Source: an uncultured Dethiobacter sp. (lineage in GTDB: Bacteria > Bacillota > Dethiobacteria > DTU022 > UBA8154). Taken from it: a DNA stretch of 31,668 nucleotides. The position numbers and the translations under genes are program-made. The DNA is taken from positions 1 to 31,668 of the forward strand of contig CAYQQF010000001.1 of assembly GCA_964419485.1 (NCBI GenBank), read 5' to 3'. The notes beneath the pieces were generated by a model. It did not search any database, was not told the origin of the DNA, and worked only from the letters and a program-made list of their open reading frames with translations. Below are positions 30,430 through 31,668 of the stretch, one piece after another. Each line of letters opens with the position of its first letter. The first letter of the stretch is position 1.

Positions 30430-30930
30430 TGTGTCTGATTTTTCTTGTAACCAACGAATACTCTTGGGCAAATCATCGTCACCCTCAAAATAGATGGAGG
30501 TGATATAAAAAAATTTCTTCAGGATTTGACCCGAATTCCTTTACCACATGCAAAGCAACGTGCTGTTTCGATTGCTTCGAAATGTTGCTCGAGTTCTTCA
30601 AAGGCTCTGCCGAGCCGTCCATCATGGAGCTTTTCTGCTTTAAATCGTAGAGTTTTTCAATGCCACAGAGCTCAAACCCATTCCTCAATGTTTCGTAGCT
30701 GCCTGGGACGGTGAAGGAGATTGGCTTCCAACACTTTTACACCTGGCCGTTTTTCCTTGTGTTCCTGACAATGCTGTTAATGATCGGTTTATATTTCCTG
30801 CAAAGCCTGGTCAGGTACAGTGAAACTAACAGTTTTTCCATCCTTGAAGCGGAAATTTTTTTCGGTTTCGGGTTAAAGCGAGCTTTAAGGGGCACTGCTT
30901 TTGGCCCCGTTACTTGTTTCAACCCGAATC
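30430..30930 (-). pseudogene. Degraded IS1634-family (DUF4277-type) transposase N-terminal fragment
   Basis: Manual minus-strand translation across frameshifts and stops gives NLLHRPRQLRNIEEW, KLHDGRLGRAFEEL (cf. LNDDRLGRALD), ALHVVKEFG and YITSIYFEG (cf. DTTSxYFEG), in the expected order. Confidence 0.7.
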
Positions 30931-30989
30931 AGTTCCACCCCGATCGCCGAGATTTATGGTAACTCGATATTGGCGGCGATAGCACTTTT

Positions 30990-31018
30990 TTGAATCTTGG
31001 ATATTAAATGTTTATTAT
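30990..31018 (+). promoter_or_regulatory. Putative sigmaA promoter for the CxxC-atpZ-atpI unit
   Basis: TTGAAT (30990-30995), 17 nt, TATTAT (31013-31018), 26 nt before ATG 31045. Confidence 0.5.
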
Positions 31019-31044
31019 TTTGTTTGATTGTGAGGAAAAAGGTT

Positions 31045-31224
31045 ATGGCCAATAAAAACCAGAAGCGCTGCTTAAGCTGCGGGAAGGTATTTGAAAGTGA
31101 GCCCCAGATTGAGAATATCTTTATGCGTAATCTTTACTCGTTAGCCGGTTCTTTTTGCCCTCAGTGTGAAGCTAAGATTAAAAAAGAAGCAGAGGGGACT
31201 CAAAAAGGACACAAACCCATGTAA
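31045..31224 (+). CDS. Small hypothetical zinc-ribbon protein (CxxC...CxxC)
   Basis: 59 aa, MANKNQKRCLSCGKVF...FCPQCEAKIKK; SD-like GAGG upstream of ATG 31045. Confidence 0.65.
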   Translation: MANKNQKRCLSCGKVFESEPQIENIFMRNLYSLAGSFCPQCEAKIKKEAEGTQKGHKPM

Positions 31225-31250
31225 ATTTTGGACCTAGGGATGAACTTGAT

Positions 31251-31520
31251 TTGGCTAAAAAAAAATTACATTGGATAGACTTTGCTCGCTATGTAAATTT
31301 AGCCTTTTCCTTTGGGGTTACGCTGATAGCAGCAGTTCTTTTAGGCCTTTACGGGGGAAGCTGGATGGATCGCCGGCTAGGAACTTATCCGTCCTTTATG
31401 TTGTTCGGCATTTTTTTAGGAATAGGCATAGGATTTTATAACTTATGGAGCGAATTAACTAGAATGATGGAAAGGAGTCCGGGAAAGAAATCGGACCAAA
31501 AAAACGATGAACAGCGGTAA
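31251..31520 (+). CDS. atpZ: AtpZ/AtpI-family (ATPase gene 1) protein
   Basis: Two TMs around G.YGG.WMDRRLGT.P.F...GIFLGI..GFYN, typical of AtpZ/gene-1 proteins. Confidence 0.85.
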   Translation: MAKKKLHWIDFARYVNLAFSFGVTLIAAVLLGLYGGSWMDRRLGTYPSFMLFGIFLGIGIGFYNLWSELTRMMERSPGKKSDQKNDEQR

Positions 31521-31668
31521 AAGCGGCAACAAAGGATTTAGTTCCATAGACAAAATTATAGCTGTACTGGTTATGGCAGTTTTACTTATATCATTGCTGC
31601 TTGGCTACCGGGTTTTTGCACTGGGCGTAGCCCTGGCGGTCATCGTTGCCTGGATATTATATCGGTGG
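31507..31668 (+). CDS. AtpI-like membrane protein, 3'-truncated by the window edge
   Basis: Open frame from ATG 31507 to the window end, MNSGKSGNKGFSSIDKIIAVLVMAVLLISLLLGYRVFALGVALAVIVAWILYRW; overlaps the atpZ stop; two hydrophobic helices. Identity inferred mainly from context. Confidence 0.55.
   Translation, partial: MNSGKSGNKGFSSIDKIIAVLVMAVLLISLLLGYRVFALGVALAVIVAWILYRW

Noticed and set aside
30497-30714. Plus-strand ORF 30526-30714 with a perfect SD-like GGAGGTGA nearby
   Set aside because: The SD is the reverse complement of the transposase codons for ITSI and has no start codon at proper spacing.
30711-30962. 83-aa plus-strand ORF with a hydrophobic helix (type I toxin-like)
   Set aside because: The F/L-rich stretch is the expected antisense reading of K/N/E-rich transposase codons, and there is no good RBS. 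Would be reconsidered only with ribosome profiling support.

Overview
Mostly core chromosome of a spore-forming, probably anaerobic Bacillota (inferred from spoIIE, fhs, sigmaA/sigmaH-type promoters; a Dethiobacteria/Syntrophomonadia-like lineage is only a guess). Nearly all genes are on the + strand, in this order: polar amino-acid ABC transporter; MoxR-DUF58-DUF4129-like triad; feoB-feoA; the conserved spoIIE-tilS-hpt-ftsH-fhs-coaX block, here interrupted by a THF riboswitch + folT and a minus-strand CPBP-like membrane protein that has lost its catalytic residues; an 8-gene Mrp/Mbh-type cation/H+ antiporter module with a single MrpD and no MrpA N-terminal part; an F1Fo ATP synthase operon (atpBEFHAGDC, H+-type c-ring motif, no atpI in front); a degraded IS1634-like transposase remnant; then a small CxxC/CxxC protein, atpZ-like and a truncated atpI-like gene at the window edge. 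The most interesting element is the apparent MbhA-H-like antiporter + ATP synthase super-operon, with atpZ/atpI either displaced downstream or starting a second atp operon. Family assignments come from motifs read by eye; no database searches were run.
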